A stretch of DNA of 26,475 nt, from the NCBI GenBank assembly GCA_964551785.1, contig CAZKEO010000001.1, forward strand, positions 1-26,475, in the 5' to 3' direction. Below are positions 9,500 through 19,253 of this stretch, piece after piece; the first letter of the stretch is position 1, and the number at the start of each line of letters is the position of its first letter. The notes under the pieces are model-generated. The model saw nothing but the letters and a program-made list of their open reading frames with translations. It ran no database searches and was not told the DNA's origin. This DNA comes from an uncultured Eubacteriales bacterium. Lineage in GTDB: Bacteria > Bacillota > GCA-003054495 > Carboxydocellales > JAJZTU01. Both the position numbers and the translations under genes were made by a program.

Positions 9500-10360
9500 C
9501 TAATTTACGACGCCTTCAAAGGCTTTAATCGCTACTTCTACCTGACTATCATCCGGTTCCCGCGTAGTAAGTTTCTGCAAGAGTAACCCAGGAGCAATAA
9601 TCATTCTAATCAAAGGCCTTTGCCCATACTTCCCAGATAATTTAATGAGCTCATAAGAAATTCCAGCTACGAGGGGCATTAGCAAGAGCCGCGAAAGAAT
9701 CCGCCACCACAAGATCTGTTTGCCTAGGAAAGCAAAGAGAAAAATACTAACGACCATAACTATCAGTAGGAAGCTTGTTCCACATCTAGGATGTAGGGTG
9801 GAATACTTCTGGGCATTTGCTATAGTGAGCTCTTCGCCTGCTTCATAGGCATTAATGACTTTATGTTCTGCACCATGGTACTGAAAAACTCGTTGGATAT
9901 CTTTCATTCTGGAGATAATCACTACATACAAAATAAAAATGATGATCCGGATTAAACCTTCCACCAGATTTTGCGCCAAGACCCCTGGAAGATAAGGGTC
10001 AATTAATCTTGTCAGAGAGGTCGGGGCAACGATAAATAGGAGGATCCCCAGTCCCAAGGCAAAGCCCATACTTAAGGCTAACTCCTTGGTAGTGAGCTCC
10101 TCTTCCTCCTCTTCTAAAGACTGATTGGCAGAATAGGAGAGAGCTTGCATGCCGATTATCAGTGACTCCACCATCGCCACAACTCCGCGGAGGATGGGCT
10201 TTTTCAAGATGGGGAAACGCTTAGTCACCGATTTGATTTCCCGCTTATCCAGTACGATTTCTTGGTCACTTTTGCGTACCGCCACCGCCAAATGCTCGGC
10301 ACCACGCATCATTACCCCTTCGATAACCGCCTGACCACCGTATTGGCAGTTTTCTTTCAT
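9500..10360 (-). CDS. DUF1385 family membrane protein (putative metal-dependent enzyme)
   Basis: YGGQAVIEGVMMR, FQYHGAEHK, HPRCGTSF, TTREPD motifs; usual position after rpmE. Confidence 0.93.
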   Translation of the reverse strand: MKENCQYGGQAVIEGVMMRGAEHLAVAVRKSDQEIVLDKREIKSVTKRFPILKKPILRGVVAMVESLIIGMQALSYSANQSLEEEEEELTTKELALSMGFALGLGILLFIVAPTSLTRLIDPYLPGVLAQNLVEGLIRIIIFILYVVIISRMKDIQRVFQYHGAEHKVINAYEAGEELTIANAQKYSTLHPRCGTSFLLIVMVVSIFLFAFLGKQILWWRILSRLLLMPLVAGISYELIKLSGKYGQRPLIRMIIAPGLLLQKLTTREPDDSQVEVAIKAFEGVVN

Positions 10361-10391
10361 GTTAACCTCCTGAGTGACATTACAGAGTATT

Positions 10392-10419
10392 ACAGAAGAA
10401 GCAGAGCACTGTGCTCTGC
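10392..10419 (-). terminator. Hairpin after rpmE, probable weak terminator
   Basis: Perfect IR gcagagca(ctg)tgctctgc at 10401-10419 followed on the minus strand by ttcttctgt. Confidence 0.55.
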
Positions 10420-10429
10420 CTCGCTTTTC

Positions 10430-10627
10430 TTATAGACCATATTTCTTTTTGAATTTGTCCACCCGGCCGCCTGCATCAATAAATCTCTGCTTTCCTGTAT
10501 AAAAGGGATGGCATTTCGAACAAATCTCCACCCGCAGATTCGGTTTTACTGATCCGGTTTCAAAACTCTCGCCACAGGCGCAAGTTACGGTTGTTTCATG
10601 GTATTTAGGATGAATCTTTTCTTTCAC
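10430..10627 (-). CDS. rpmE: 50S ribosomal protein L31 (Zn-binding type)
   Basis: IHPKY, CACG...[17 protein letters not shown]. Confidence 0.99.
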   Translation of the reverse strand: MKEKIHPKYHETTVTCACGESFETGSVKPNLRVEICSKCHPFYTGKQRFIDAGGRVDKFKKKYGL

Positions 10628-10675
10628 GGGGCCTCACCTCTTTTCTAAAAAAATACCTGCTTTTACACGTTCTAC

Positions 10676-10704
10676 ATTATAGCATAGGGTATCCAAGTAT
10701 GCAA
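10676..10704 (-). promoter_or_regulatory. Sigma-A promoter for the rpmE-prfA operon
   Basis: TTGCAT-N17-TATAAT with extended -10 TG. Confidence 0.75.
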
Positions 10705-10777
10705 GATTTATTTGCCAGCAGATTGTTTTTGGTTTTGAAGAGACCAAAACACTTCAGCAGCTTTACTTAGCATTATC

Positions 10778-12037
10778 TTAGCGTACCGGGCGGCTAAAGC
10801 TACCTAATGCTGTATTGGGAAGTTCTGCTTGAAGTATCCGCAAGAACTCCGTGATGCCGAGAATTTCGTCCGTGCGCTGGGGCAGCAGGGGCCAAAAGTG
10901 GTCTGGATCAATGTTAAGGTTGCGGAATTGGATTAAATCTACCCCAGTCTCCTGCACCAGGCTGATTAAGGCGGCTAGTTCGTCCTCACTGTCTGTTAGG
11001 CCTGGCAAGGTCAGCAGGTTCAGGGAGACATATACTCCGTGGGCTTTGGCTAGCTTAATAGAGTCAATGACGTTAGCTAGGGAGTAGTCTTTGGGTCGGT
11101 AATAGCAATTATAGACTGCTTCACTCGGGCCATTCCTACTGACCCGAATGGCATCTAAGCCTGCTTAACCGATTTTCCGAATTGCTTCCGTATTGCCAGC
11201 GTTAGTATTAATGTTGATCGTGCCTTTGGTGGTTTGACTGCGCAAGGCTTGGATGGCCGGGGCTACCACGCTAAAGGAGAGGGAAGGCTCTCCTTCACAC
11301 CCTTGTCCGAAGCTAATGATCCCTTCCGGGGCATGCTCTAGGTGAGGTAAGGCTAGGTCCACAATCTCCTCCTGGGTGGGCATGAAGCTGATCCTTTGCT
11401 GGGGAGATGGGCAACATTCAGCTGGCTGTAAGGAAATACACCCCAAACAGTTAGCATTACAGACCGGCGAAACAGGGATGCCCCCCTCCCAACGGCTATA
11501 GAAAATATTTTGGGCTGTTAAACAACCATACTCGAGTGAACACTTGGCAAGCTGAGTCAGGATGCGATTTTGAGGGTGGAGGGCCACCTTTTGAGTAACT
11601 AGGTCCGTAAGGTCGCTAGTATTATAACTACAGGGATTCCATTTTGCAGGTCGGTCGGTTGGTACTGCGGCAACGTAAAACTGATCCCGATACATCCCAA
11701 CAGCTGTATAGCCCAGGAGGGGCAGGGGCTGCTGAGCACCCTTCCGCTGGTATGCTGGCAAGAGTGTACGCGTATAACCCTGCGGTAACAGTGCACCTAC
11801 TGCTAAAACTTTTTTATGAACCCCAACCGCTGAAACGGGCCCAAAATTACCCTGGGAGTCAATTCCTACCGGGATTGCCTCAGGAATCAGGGTCAGCGAA
11901 GCCCCTTCCGGAAGGGGGATCATCTCCTCTGGAAGAGGCTCTGTAAACCGGTCTCCTGTCCTGCCAGTCAGAAAATAACTAGGATGGTCATAGAGCCGTC
12001 CTTTGCTGTCGGCATAAAGCATGCTATATTGCATCAA
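10778..12037 (-). pseudogene. Radical SAM protein (419 codons) interrupted by one in-frame TAA at 11165-11167
   Basis: CNANCLGC motif and GCEGEP; the frame continues past TAA as AGLDAIRVS...YYRPKDYS...SLNLLTLPG into ORF 10778..11008 (same frame, 1260 nt total). Confidence 0.85.
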
Positions 12038-12053
12038 GAAGTCCTCCGCGCCA

Positions 12054-13322
12054 TTAACCTACTGCTTGGTTGGTTGCTTTGGTTTTAAGGGTATTCTCCA
12101 GCAGCTGTCGGTTGCTTTTGGTTTTGCTCAGGCTGTCTGATAACCGATCTACGGCGTCTGCCACTGTCAAATTCGCCATCTGTTTGCGGAATAACCACAT
12201 TAACTCCAATTCATCCTTAGAGAGCAGTAATTCTTCTTTCCGCGTTCCTGAGCGCTGGATATCAATGGCCGGGAAAATACGTCGGTCAGAGAGTTTGCGA
12301 TCCAGAATCAGTTCCATATTACCAGTGCCTTTAAATTCTTCAAAAATCACGTCATCCATCCTGCTACCAGTATCAACTAGGGCAGTGGCCAGGATGGTTA
12401 GACTCCCGCCTTCTTCGATGTTCCTAGCTGCTCCAAAAAAACGTTTGGGTTTATGGAGGGCACTAGGGTCAACTCCCCCTGAAAGTGTCCGGCCACTTGG
12501 TGGTACAATCAGGTTATAAGCTCGAGCCAACCTTGTAATACTATCTAACAAAATCACGACATCTTTTTTATGTTCTACCAGGCGCTTAGCCCGTTCTAAG
12601 ACCATTTCTGCGACTTTTACGTGATTTTCAGGTGGTTGGTCAAAAGTGGAGCTCAACACTTCACCCCGCACGCTCCGCTCCATATCGGTAACCTCTTCAG
12701 GCCGTTCATCAATCAAGAGCACCAGTAGTTCTATTTCCGGGTAATTTTGAGTAATACTGTTGGCAATTTCCTTGATAAGGGTAGTTTTACCTGCTTTGGG
12801 TGGTGCGACGATGAGACCACGCTGTCCTTTGCCCAAAGGAGCAATCAGGTCAATTAGGCGAGCAGAGAGTAGATTAGGCTTGGTCTCCATGGTGATACGT
12901 TGCTGGGGGTAAATCGGAGTAAGTGCGGCGAAGTGAATCCGTTCTTGTGATAGTTCTGGATTTAAGCCATTTACAGTTTCCACACGCAGTAACGCAAAGT
13001 AGCGTTCTGAGTCCTTTGGAGCCCTTACCTGGCCAGCAACCCGGTCTCCCGTTCGGAGGTCAAAGCGACGTATTTGGGAGGGCGAAACATAGATATCATC
13101 CTGGCTAGGCAAATAGTCAAACGGTCTTAAGAAACCATAACCATCAGGCAAGATCTCCAGTACGCCTTGGGCAAACAAAAGCCCATCCTTGACTGTCCGG
13201 GCTTTCATAATTTCAAAAACCAATTCTTTTTTTCTCAATTTAGAGTACCCTGCGATGTTCAAGTCTCTAGCGAAATGATATAACTCCTGCATGGTCTTGG
13301 CTTCTAAATCTGTGATATTCAA
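12054..13322 (-). CDS. rho: Transcription termination factor Rho
   Basis: [14 protein letters not shown], Walker [28 protein letters not shown]; TTG start after GGAGGG. Confidence 0.99.
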   Translation of the reverse strand: MNITDLEAKTMQELYHFARDLNIAGYSKLRKKELVFEIMKARTVKDGLLFAQGVLEILPDGYGFLRPFDYLPSQDDIYVSPSQIRRFDLRTGDRVAGQVRAPKDSERYFALLRVETVNGLNPELSQERIHFAALTPIYPQQRITMETKPNLLSARLIDLIAPLGKGQRGLIVAPPKAGKTTLIKEIANSITQNYPEIELLVLLIDERPEEVTDMERSVRGEVLSSTFDQPPENHVKVAEMVLERAKRLVEHKKDVVILLDSITRLARAYNLIVPPSGRTLSGGVDPSALHKPKRFFGAARNIEEGGSLTILATALVDTGSRMDDVIFEEFKGTGNMELILDRKLSDRRIFPAIDIQRSGTRKEELLLSKDELELMWLFRKQMANLTVADAVDRLSDSLSKTKSNRQLLENTLKTKATNQAVG

Positions 13323-13372
13323 CAAATATTCCCTCCAAAGAGCATAATACAAATAGTTTGGCCACGGAAATT

Positions 13373-13864
13373 TTATTTTAGTCTACTGAGCTTCCGCTGT
13401 TGCCGATAGACCAAGGTTCGATGTAAAAAGCAATAAACTAGGGTACCCCAGACCACTGCATTAATTAGACTGCCTACGAAAAAGGGTGGCCCTAAAATTT
13501 GCAAATTATCCATTGAGAAAAAGGCCCTCAAAGAATCCAACGTCAAGCTGGGCTCTAATACCGGAACCTGGTGATCTAAAGAAAGCTGGGTTTTATTTTC
13601 GAGGATTATTTCCCCAATCAAATAATTAAAGGGAAAGAAAATCGTAAAGACAGCTGGCTTTAAAGCAGCAGTTGTCATCACTGCGGCTATCGTATTGATT
13701 CTCACCAATTTTGCGATGATCCAGGCCACCAAGATGCTAATAAAGGGCAAGGGCAGAAAATCTAAAGCAACTCCTAGCGCAACACCTTTGGCAATTTTGG
13801 CAGGGCTGTCTTTTAATCTTAAAATTTTGACATATTGATAGCGAAAATAGCGTCTTAACCGCAA
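13373..13864 (-). CDS. DUF2062 family membrane protein
   Basis: [20 protein letters not shown] motif, YLIGE, GSLINA. Confidence 0.85.
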   Translation of the reverse strand: MRLRRYFRYQYVKILRLKDSPAKIAKGVALGVALDFLPLPFISILVAWIIAKLVRINTIAAVMTTAALKPAVFTIFFPFNYLIGEIILENKTQLSLDHQVPVLEPSLTLDSLRAFFSMDNLQILGPPFFVGSLINAVVWGTLVYCFLHRTLVYRQQRKLSRLK

Positions 13865-13875
13865 GTTGCCGCCTC

Positions 13876-14355
13876 CTATATAAGTTTCTGAGCCAGGAAA
13901 AGCCTGGTCATTTGGCGATGGTAACGGGAAAATATCTCATAAACTGCGATGTATAATATAGTACCCAAGATTAGTGTGTTCAACAATGCACCTAAGAAAA
14001 AGGCTTTTCCTACGAGCTGATAAATTTTCCAGTCCAATTTAAGTAACCCATGCATGACATATCTTATGTGAGTTATTCCTTGACCGATTAACTTACTGCC
14101 AGTTACGAGGTCAAAATAAAACATGATTGGAAAAAGCGGCTTGAATATAACGTCTCCCAGGAAGCTCGCGGCCAAATTGCCCCTGACTAATCCAGCAATA
14201 AAGATAGCTAGTGGCACACCAAAGCCAAAGGTGGGGTAAAAATTGACACAGGCTCCCAACGCAAACCCCAGGGCGACTCTACCAGGCATATCTTTCAGTC
14301 GCAGAAATTTTAGAATGTTAAACCTAAGCTTTCTTCGCCAAGACACCATCGTCAC
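13876..14355 (-). CDS. DUF2062 family membrane protein
   Basis: FLRLKDMPGRVALGFALGACVNFYPTFG motif, GALLN. Confidence 0.85.
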   Translation of the reverse strand: MTMVSWRRKLRFNILKFLRLKDMPGRVALGFALGACVNFYPTFGFGVPLAIFIAGLVRGNLAASFLGDVIFKPLFPIMFYFDLVTGSKLIGQGITHIRYVMHGLLKLDWKIYQLVGKAFFLGALLNTLILGTILYIAVYEIFSRYHRQMTRLFLAQKLI

Positions 14356-14381
14356 CTCAAATGCACAAAATGAACCTTCAC

Positions 14382-15356
14382 CTAGAATACGGTGTTAATA
14401 TTATAAGAGGGCTTTTTGTCAAAACGGTGGATGGCTTCGATAAACCGCACAGTACCTGATTTACCACGCATTACAATAGTGTGCGTACGAGCACCCAAAG
14501 CAGTAAATTGGACCCCGTTGAGCAGGCTACTGCCAGTAATCCCGGTAGCTGAAAAAATCGCTTCTTCACCTTTAACGAGATCCTCCATCATAAGCACTTT
14601 CCGCACATCAACTATCCCCATCTGATGACAACGCTCAATTTCCGCTTCACTTTCCGGACACAAGCGAGCCTGCATTTCTCCACCCAGGCACTTTAAGGCA
14701 GCTGCCGCGATAACCCCTTCTGGTCCGCCACCAATTCCGATCATCATATCCACTCCAGAATCATCAATTGCAGTGGCAACAGCCGGTGAAACATCACCAT
14801 CACCGATTAGTTGAATTCTAGCTCCTGCTTTGCGAACCTCGGCAATTATTTGGTGGTGTCTGGGACGGTCTAAAATTACTACTGTGAGATCTTGCACTCT
14901 TTTATTGAGCGCAGCAGCTACTGCTTTTAAATTTGTTGCAACTGGAGCATTGATATCTATTTTGCCGGCCGCGGCTGGTCCAACCGCAATTTTGTCCATA
15001 TACATATCAGGTGCATGCAAGAGGCAACCTTTCGGTGCCGCTGCCAGTACAGCAATTGCCCCATTGACACCTTTGGCAACAATGTTAGTACCTTCTAGCG
15101 GGTCTACGGCAATATCCAAGGCCGCGCCCACCCCAGTACCTACTCTTTCGCCAATGAACAACATGGGGGCTTCGTCCATCTCACCTTCGCCTATTACCAC
15201 TACCCCATCGATGTCAATTGTATCAAAAACTGAGCGCATGGCCGTAGTTGCCGCATCATCAGCTGCATTTTTGTCTCCTCGACCCATCCAACGTGCCGCC
15301 GCAACAGCCGCAGCCTCGGTAACTCTAGCAAATTCCAAAGAAAGTAATCTTCCCAT
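14382..15356 (-). CDS. glpX: Class II fructose-1,6-bisphosphatase
   Basis: [45 protein letters not shown]; ATG at 15356 chosen from RBS. Confidence 0.98.
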   Translation of the reverse strand: MGRLLSLEFARVTEAAAVAAARWMGRGDKNAADDAATTAMRSVFDTIDIDGVVVIGEGEMDEAPMLFIGERVGTGVGAALDIAVDPLEGTNIVAKGVNGAIAVLAAAPKGCLLHAPDMYMDKIAVGPAAAGKIDINAPVATNLKAVAAALNKRVQDLTVVILDRPRHHQIIAEVRKAGARIQLIGDGDVSPAVATAIDDSGVDMMIGIGGGPEGVIAAAALKCLGGEMQARLCPESEAEIERCHQMGIVDVRKVLMMEDLVKGEEAIFSATGITGSSLLNGVQFTALGARTHTIVMRGKSGTVRFIEAIHRFDKKPSYNINTVF

Positions 15357-15418
15357 ATCGACACCCCTTAATCTCATTAGTATAACATTATTAGCATTAA
15401 TGTGTTATCTTATTAGTT

Positions 15419-15447
15419 TATTTCTACATTCACTTGGAGTTTCCTGC
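15419..15447 (-). promoter_or_regulatory. Sigma-H-like promoter upstream of glpX
   Basis: GCAGGAAAC-N11-GTAGAAATA (GAAA instead of GAAT). Confidence 0.4.
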
Positions 15448-15465
15448 CCTTTCTGGGATAGCAGG

Positions 15466-15505
15466 CGAAAAAATTACTCTCCCTAGAAAAGCAGAGAGAG
15501 TAATT
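15466..15505 (-). terminator. Intrinsic terminator after tal
   Basis: aattactctc/gagagtaatt 10-bp IR, extended by G-U pairs, then TTTT on the minus strand. Confidence 0.8.
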
Positions 15506-15527
15506 GCTGTAACTATGCCATCATAAT

Positions 15528-16181
15528 CTATTTATTTTTTACCCCTTCCCAGTCTGCCAGAAACTTCTGGATCCCGAGGTCAGTGAGGGGATGCTGGGTC
15601 ATTTGCATAATTATTTTATAAGGTACTGTGGCAATATGAGCTCCTGCTTTCGCTGACTCAGTAACATGGATTGGATGCCGGACACTGGCGGCAATAACTT
15701 CTGTTTGATAGGCGTACTGTTCAAATATTTGGACAATCTCGTGGATTAGCTCCATCCCATCTTGACCCACATCGTCCAGTCTGCCTATAAAAGGACTTAC
15801 ATAGCTTGCACCAGCTAAGGCTGCCAGCAGGGCTTGGTTAGCTGAAAAAACTAAGGTGACATTTGTTTTAATACCTTCACCTGATAACAGCTTGGTAGCC
15901 TTCAATCCCTCTGCGGTCATAGGCACCTTGATTACAATATTAGGATGGATTTTGACTAACTCTTTAGCTTCCTTAACCATTTCGGCTGAGTCAAGACTAA
16001 TTACTTCGGCACTAATGGGGCCATCGACAATAGTACAAATTTCCTTAACTACTTCTTGAAAGTTACGCCCTTCTTTAGCTATTAGGGAGGGGTTAGTGGT
16101 AACCCCGCATATTACGCCTAAACTATGGGCTGCCCGCACTTCGGCAACATTCGCTGAATCAATAAATAATTTCAACTGCAC
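15528..16181 (-). CDS. tal: Transaldolase (small type)
   Basis: GVTTNPSL, Schiff-base Lys in VIKVP; Glu in SAEV and Phe in SPF favour transaldolase over FSA. Confidence 0.93.
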   Translation of the reverse strand: MQLKLFIDSANVAEVRAAHSLGVICGVTTNPSLIAKEGRNFQEVVKEICTIVDGPISAEVISLDSAEMVKEAKELVKIHPNIVIKVPMTAEGLKATKLLSGEGIKTNVTLVFSANQALLAALAGASYVSPFIGRLDDVGQDGMELIHEIVQIFEQYAYQTEVIAASVRHPIHVTESAKAGAHIATVPYKIIMQMTQHPLTDLGIQKFLADWEGVKNK

Positions 16182-16200
16182 TACCTCCAGTAATTAGGAA

Positions 16201-17055
16201 TTATGCTTTGCCGTTACTACCAAAGATCCGGATTTTTTCTCTGATGACTGCCGTGGCAGCATCCCTAGCTGGTCCCAGTGCTTTTCTAGGATCAATTTCG
16301 TCAGGATCGCTCTCTAGCGCCTGGCGGCATGCCAAAACAAAGGCTTCGCGGATATTGGTGTCAATATTTACTTTGCAGACCCCTAGCTTGATGGCCTGTT
16401 GAATTGCTTCAGCTGGTACTCCTGAGGAACCGTGGAGCACAATAGGAGTATCTATTAAGGAGCGAATCTTTTCCAAACGAGCGAAATCCAACTCGGGCAC
16501 TCCTTTATATTGGCCATGAGCAGTTCCTATCGCAATAGCTAAGGCATCAACACCAGTCTCTTGAACAAAAATTCTAGCCTCTTCAGGATTAGTAAACATG
16601 GCATCTTTTTCGGAGACATGGATATCATCTTCCGTTCCTCCGATTTTCCCCAGCTCAGCTTCTACAGAGACCCCTACAGCATGTGCTACCTCAATAACCT
16701 TTTTGGTCAGGGCAATATTCTCCTGGAGTGGTAACTTAGAACCATCAATCATCACTGAGCTAAATCCAGCCCGAATACACTGCATTACTTGTTCAAAGCT
16801 CGTGCCGTGGTCTATGTGTAAAGCTACTGGGACTGTTGCCTTTTCGGCAGCAATCTTGGCCATACCAGTTATGTAATCTAATCCCGCATACTTGATAGCA
16901 CCTTGGCTTGCCTGCATAATCACGGGAGACCGCTCCGCTTCAGCAGCAGCAATGATGGCCTGAACAATCTCCATATTGTTGCAATTAAAAGCCCCCACGG
17001 CATATCCGCCTGCTCTCGCCTTTTTCAACAAATCTGTGATAGGTACTAAACCCAT
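16201..17055 (-). CDS. fba: Class II fructose-1,6-bisphosphate aldolase
   Basis: LHIDHG, SVMIDGS, VEAELG, AIGTAHG, VLHGSSG, KVNIDT. Confidence 0.98.
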   Translation of the reverse strand: MGLVPITDLLKKARAGGYAVGAFNCNNMEIVQAIIAAAEAERSPVIMQASQGAIKYAGLDYITGMAKIAAEKATVPVALHIDHGTSFEQVMQCIRAGFSSVMIDGSKLPLQENIALTKKVIEVAHAVGVSVEAELGKIGGTEDDIHVSEKDAMFTNPEEARIFVQETGVDALAIAIGTAHGQYKGVPELDFARLEKIRSLIDTPIVLHGSSGVPAEAIQQAIKLGVCKVNIDTNIREAFVLACRQALESDPDEIDPRKALGPARDAATAVIREKIRIFGSNGKA

Positions 17056-17094
17056 GAAACCAAACCTCCTTTATATTTCTATTAAATCAAAAAG

Positions 17095-17122
17095 TAAACT
17101 TGTACAGGGACGTACAAGTTTA
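17095..17122. promoter_or_regulatory. Perfect 11-bp inverted repeat in the fba leader (operator or terminator)
   Basis: TAAACTTGTAC-N6-GTACAAGTTTA; cttttt follows on the minus strand; about 40 nt from the fba ATG. Confidence 0.55.
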
Positions 17123-17184
17123 GTATTTTATATATATTATTAAAAAATTCCCTTTGTGAACAGTAATTTTTCGTGGCCCTACAG

Positions 17185-17871
17185 TTACCGCTGGTATTTA
17201 CTTTTTTTCTTTTTCCTAATCCCCGTTGGAGATAGTTTGGTTTTGTCCCAATATTCCATGCCATCTTTCCCCAATTCAATCATTTCCATATTCTTGATAT
17301 TGTCCAGGTCCTCTTGTGTTTCAGCATAAATGGTACCCATAGCCTCACATTCCCCACATTGGAGCTCTAAACGGTCAGGTAATACATCTACTTCTATTTT
17401 CACATTGCCACATTCGCAAAATAGATACCCATCCTCCGCGATATCATGCAAACAGTTTAGCACTTCCATCATGATATTCGGATTATTAATAAAGTCATCG
17501 GGATCCATTTCCTCTAGCAATTTGGAAATATCCTGCTCATAGGTTTCGACCAGTATTTCAACCTTATCCCTAGAGCCAATGTAACCTAACTCGATCTTGC
17601 TTTCAGAGCACACTATATTGAGGACATTTTCTGCCCAGATTTGCTTGCGGGAATAGTAAAACATATGCTTAGTTTCACACAGTACACAAGGCACCTGCAA
17701 CCAGAAGTTTTTGCGGTTTTTTGTACCAAGAATTAGTTTGGTGGCACCACAGCTACAACCTATTTGCACAGTTTTCTGTCCAGCGAAAGCAAACAGGGAT
17801 AAGCCGTGCATTTCAAATTTCCCACACATGGGGCAGCGCAGGGCGACTACCGTATCAGTAGTTAGCAACAT
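17185..17871 (-). CDS. Conserved Cys-rich hypothetical protein (probable multi Zn-ribbon)
   Basis: CPMCG, CSCG, CVLC..H, CECG, CGEC pairs; acidic middle; Lys-rich tail. Confidence 0.85.
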   Translation of the reverse strand: MLLTTDTVVALRCPMCGKFEMHGLSLFAFAGQKTVQIGCSCGATKLILGTKNRKNFWLQVPCVLCETKHMFYYSRKQIWAENVLNIVCSESKIELGYIGSRDKVEILVETYEQDISKLLEEMDPDDFINNPNIMMEVLNCLHDIAEDGYLFCECGNVKIEVDVLPDRLELQCGECEAMGTIYAETQEDLDNIKNMEMIELGKDGMEYWDKTKLSPTGIRKKKKSKYQR

Positions 17872-17897
17872 GATTAACACCCCTCTCGATATGATGT

Positions 17898-17926
17898 TAA
17901 TTCGCCACCGAAAAAGAAAATCCTCT
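17898..17926 (-). promoter_or_regulatory. Sigma-H promoter upstream of the Cys-rich gene
   Basis: AGAGGATTT-N11-GGCGAATTA, full consensus match. Confidence 0.65.
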
Positions 17927-17983
17927 TTTTTGTTAGGAGAAGCACCTCATTTGAGTAAACAATTCTGTCTGATTACTAGGTTT

Positions 17984-18355
17984 TCATAAGACTTTCTTTA
18001 CTAAAGCACGGACCTCATTAATATCAAATGGCTTGGTCACATAATCCGCGACACCCAAAGCCATTGCTTCAGCGATAATCTCAAGCTCACCATAAGCAGT
18101 CATTAAAATTACCTTTAGTTCTTTGGCTTCTTTCTTTAGCTGTCGGAGCACTTCTAGACCACTCATCCCAGGCATTTTCATATCCATTAAGATAAGGTCC
18201 GGTTGGAGCAAGTCTATCTTATTGAGGGCATCAGGGCCATTTTGGGCTAGCTCCACATTGTAACCTTCATCCTGAAAAGCTTCAAAAAGCAGTCTGCGCA
18301 CGCCCAATTGATCATCTACTACTAGTACAGTGAATACCCGTTCATTATCTGTCAC
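17984..18355 (-). CDS. spo0F: Single-domain response regulator, Spo0F-like
   Basis: VDDQLGVR, DMKMPGM, MTAYGELE, KPFDINE closely parallel B. subtilis Spo0F; lies between pyrG and fba as in Bacillus. Confidence 0.82.
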   Translation of the reverse strand: MTDNERVFTVLVVDDQLGVRRLLFEAFQDEGYNVELAQNGPDALNKIDLLQPDLILMDMKMPGMSGLEVLRQLKKEAKELKVILMTAYGELEIIAEAMALGVADYVTKPFDINEVRALVKKVL

Positions 18356-18407
18356 AAACTCCCCTCCCGCCTAGCTTTTATACTGGTATATTTGGTATTA
18401 TTTTGTA

Positions 18408-18436
18408 ATATTCTCCACGTTTTCCATTTTTCCTTT
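18408..18436 (-). promoter_or_regulatory. Sigma-H promoter upstream of spo0F
   Basis: AAAGGAAAA-N11-GGAGAATAT, full consensus match. Confidence 0.7.
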
Positions 18437-18442
18437 TTTGCA

Positions 18443-18482
18443 TAAATAAAAGCCAAGGAGAGAAAATCAATCTCTTTGGCTT
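18443..18482 (-). terminator. Intrinsic terminator after the sppA-Yip1 genes
   Basis: aagccaa/ttggctt plus gaga/tctc stem, then ttttattta on the minus strand. Confidence 0.7.
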
Positions 18483-18527
18483 AACAGAGGCTACTTTTAC
18501 TGGTGTATTGCGTTAGTGGTTTATTGC

Positions 18528-19253
18528 TTAGCTAATACCCTCAAACATTGGAGCCATCACCCCGATAATTGCTAACATTAGCATCCCTAAGAGGACTGTG
18601 CCCAGAAAGATCAGGGCAATTGGAGTTACCACTGTAGCCACACCACGTCCATAGGAAAACTGATGAACTTTTGAAATTCCAACTACAGGCAAGTATAACG
18701 AGGTGTAAATAAACAGAAACACAGATACCAAACTATTAATAACGGCTGGACCATTTACTACATAGATGAGGGTAGATACAGGGATGATTAAGATGTTTGG
18801 GAGACGCGCAACTCCTATCACAGCGAGCACTCCCAAAGCCCTGCCCTTACCTCCATACATTTCAGCCAACAGGTGTAATAGTGCGCTATTCATAAACCAC
18901 CAGGCTATTGTGAAGATTAAACCCGCTAACCCCGCAAGAATCACGACCCCCGGCTCAGTCATATAGGCCAGGAAACCTAATAGTTCTTTCGGTACATTAC
19001 CAGCTTTGGACATTTGCTCCAAAGCAGATGGGAGGCCGACAAAGATATTGACGATGTTTAGCAAAATTCCTACGATCAATACTATGTAAAAACTGTAAAG
19101 CACAGGAGGATTGAGCGCCAGTTTTCTAAAGGTCTCTTTGGGCTGAAATAGAATGCCATAGCACAATTCGATAAACGTCAAATTCTCCGTGGGACTGTTT
19201 TCTGGAGCTAACTCTGGCAGATCGTAGATATGGGTTCCCTCTTCTTGATTCAC
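18528..19253 (-). CDS. Yip1-domain membrane protein
   Basis: GILFQPKETFRKL motif, about 5-6 TM segments, GISKVHQFSYGRG; TAG/GTG 1-nt overlap with sppA. Confidence 0.8.
   Translation of the reverse strand: MNQEEGTHIYDLPELAPENSPTENLTFIELCYGILFQPKETFRKLALNPPVLYSFYIVLIVGILLNIVNIFVGLPSALEQMSKAGNVPKELLGFLAYMTEPGVVILAGLAGLIFTIAWWFMNSALLHLLAEMYGGKGRALGVLAVIGVARLPNILIIPVSTLIYVVNGPAVINSLVSVFLFIYTSLYLPVVGISKVHQFSYGRGVATVVTPIALIFLGTVLLGMLMLAIIGVMAPMFEGIS

Noticed and set aside
10715-10752. Imperfect ttttggt/accaaaa inverted repeat after the radical SAM gene
   Set aside because: AT-rich, weak stem with no U-tract on the transcribed strand
11165-11167. Stop-codon recoding (Sec/Pyl or alternative code) in the radical SAM gene
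   Set aside because: The codon is TAA, not TGA or TAG, and TAA terminates many other genes in this window
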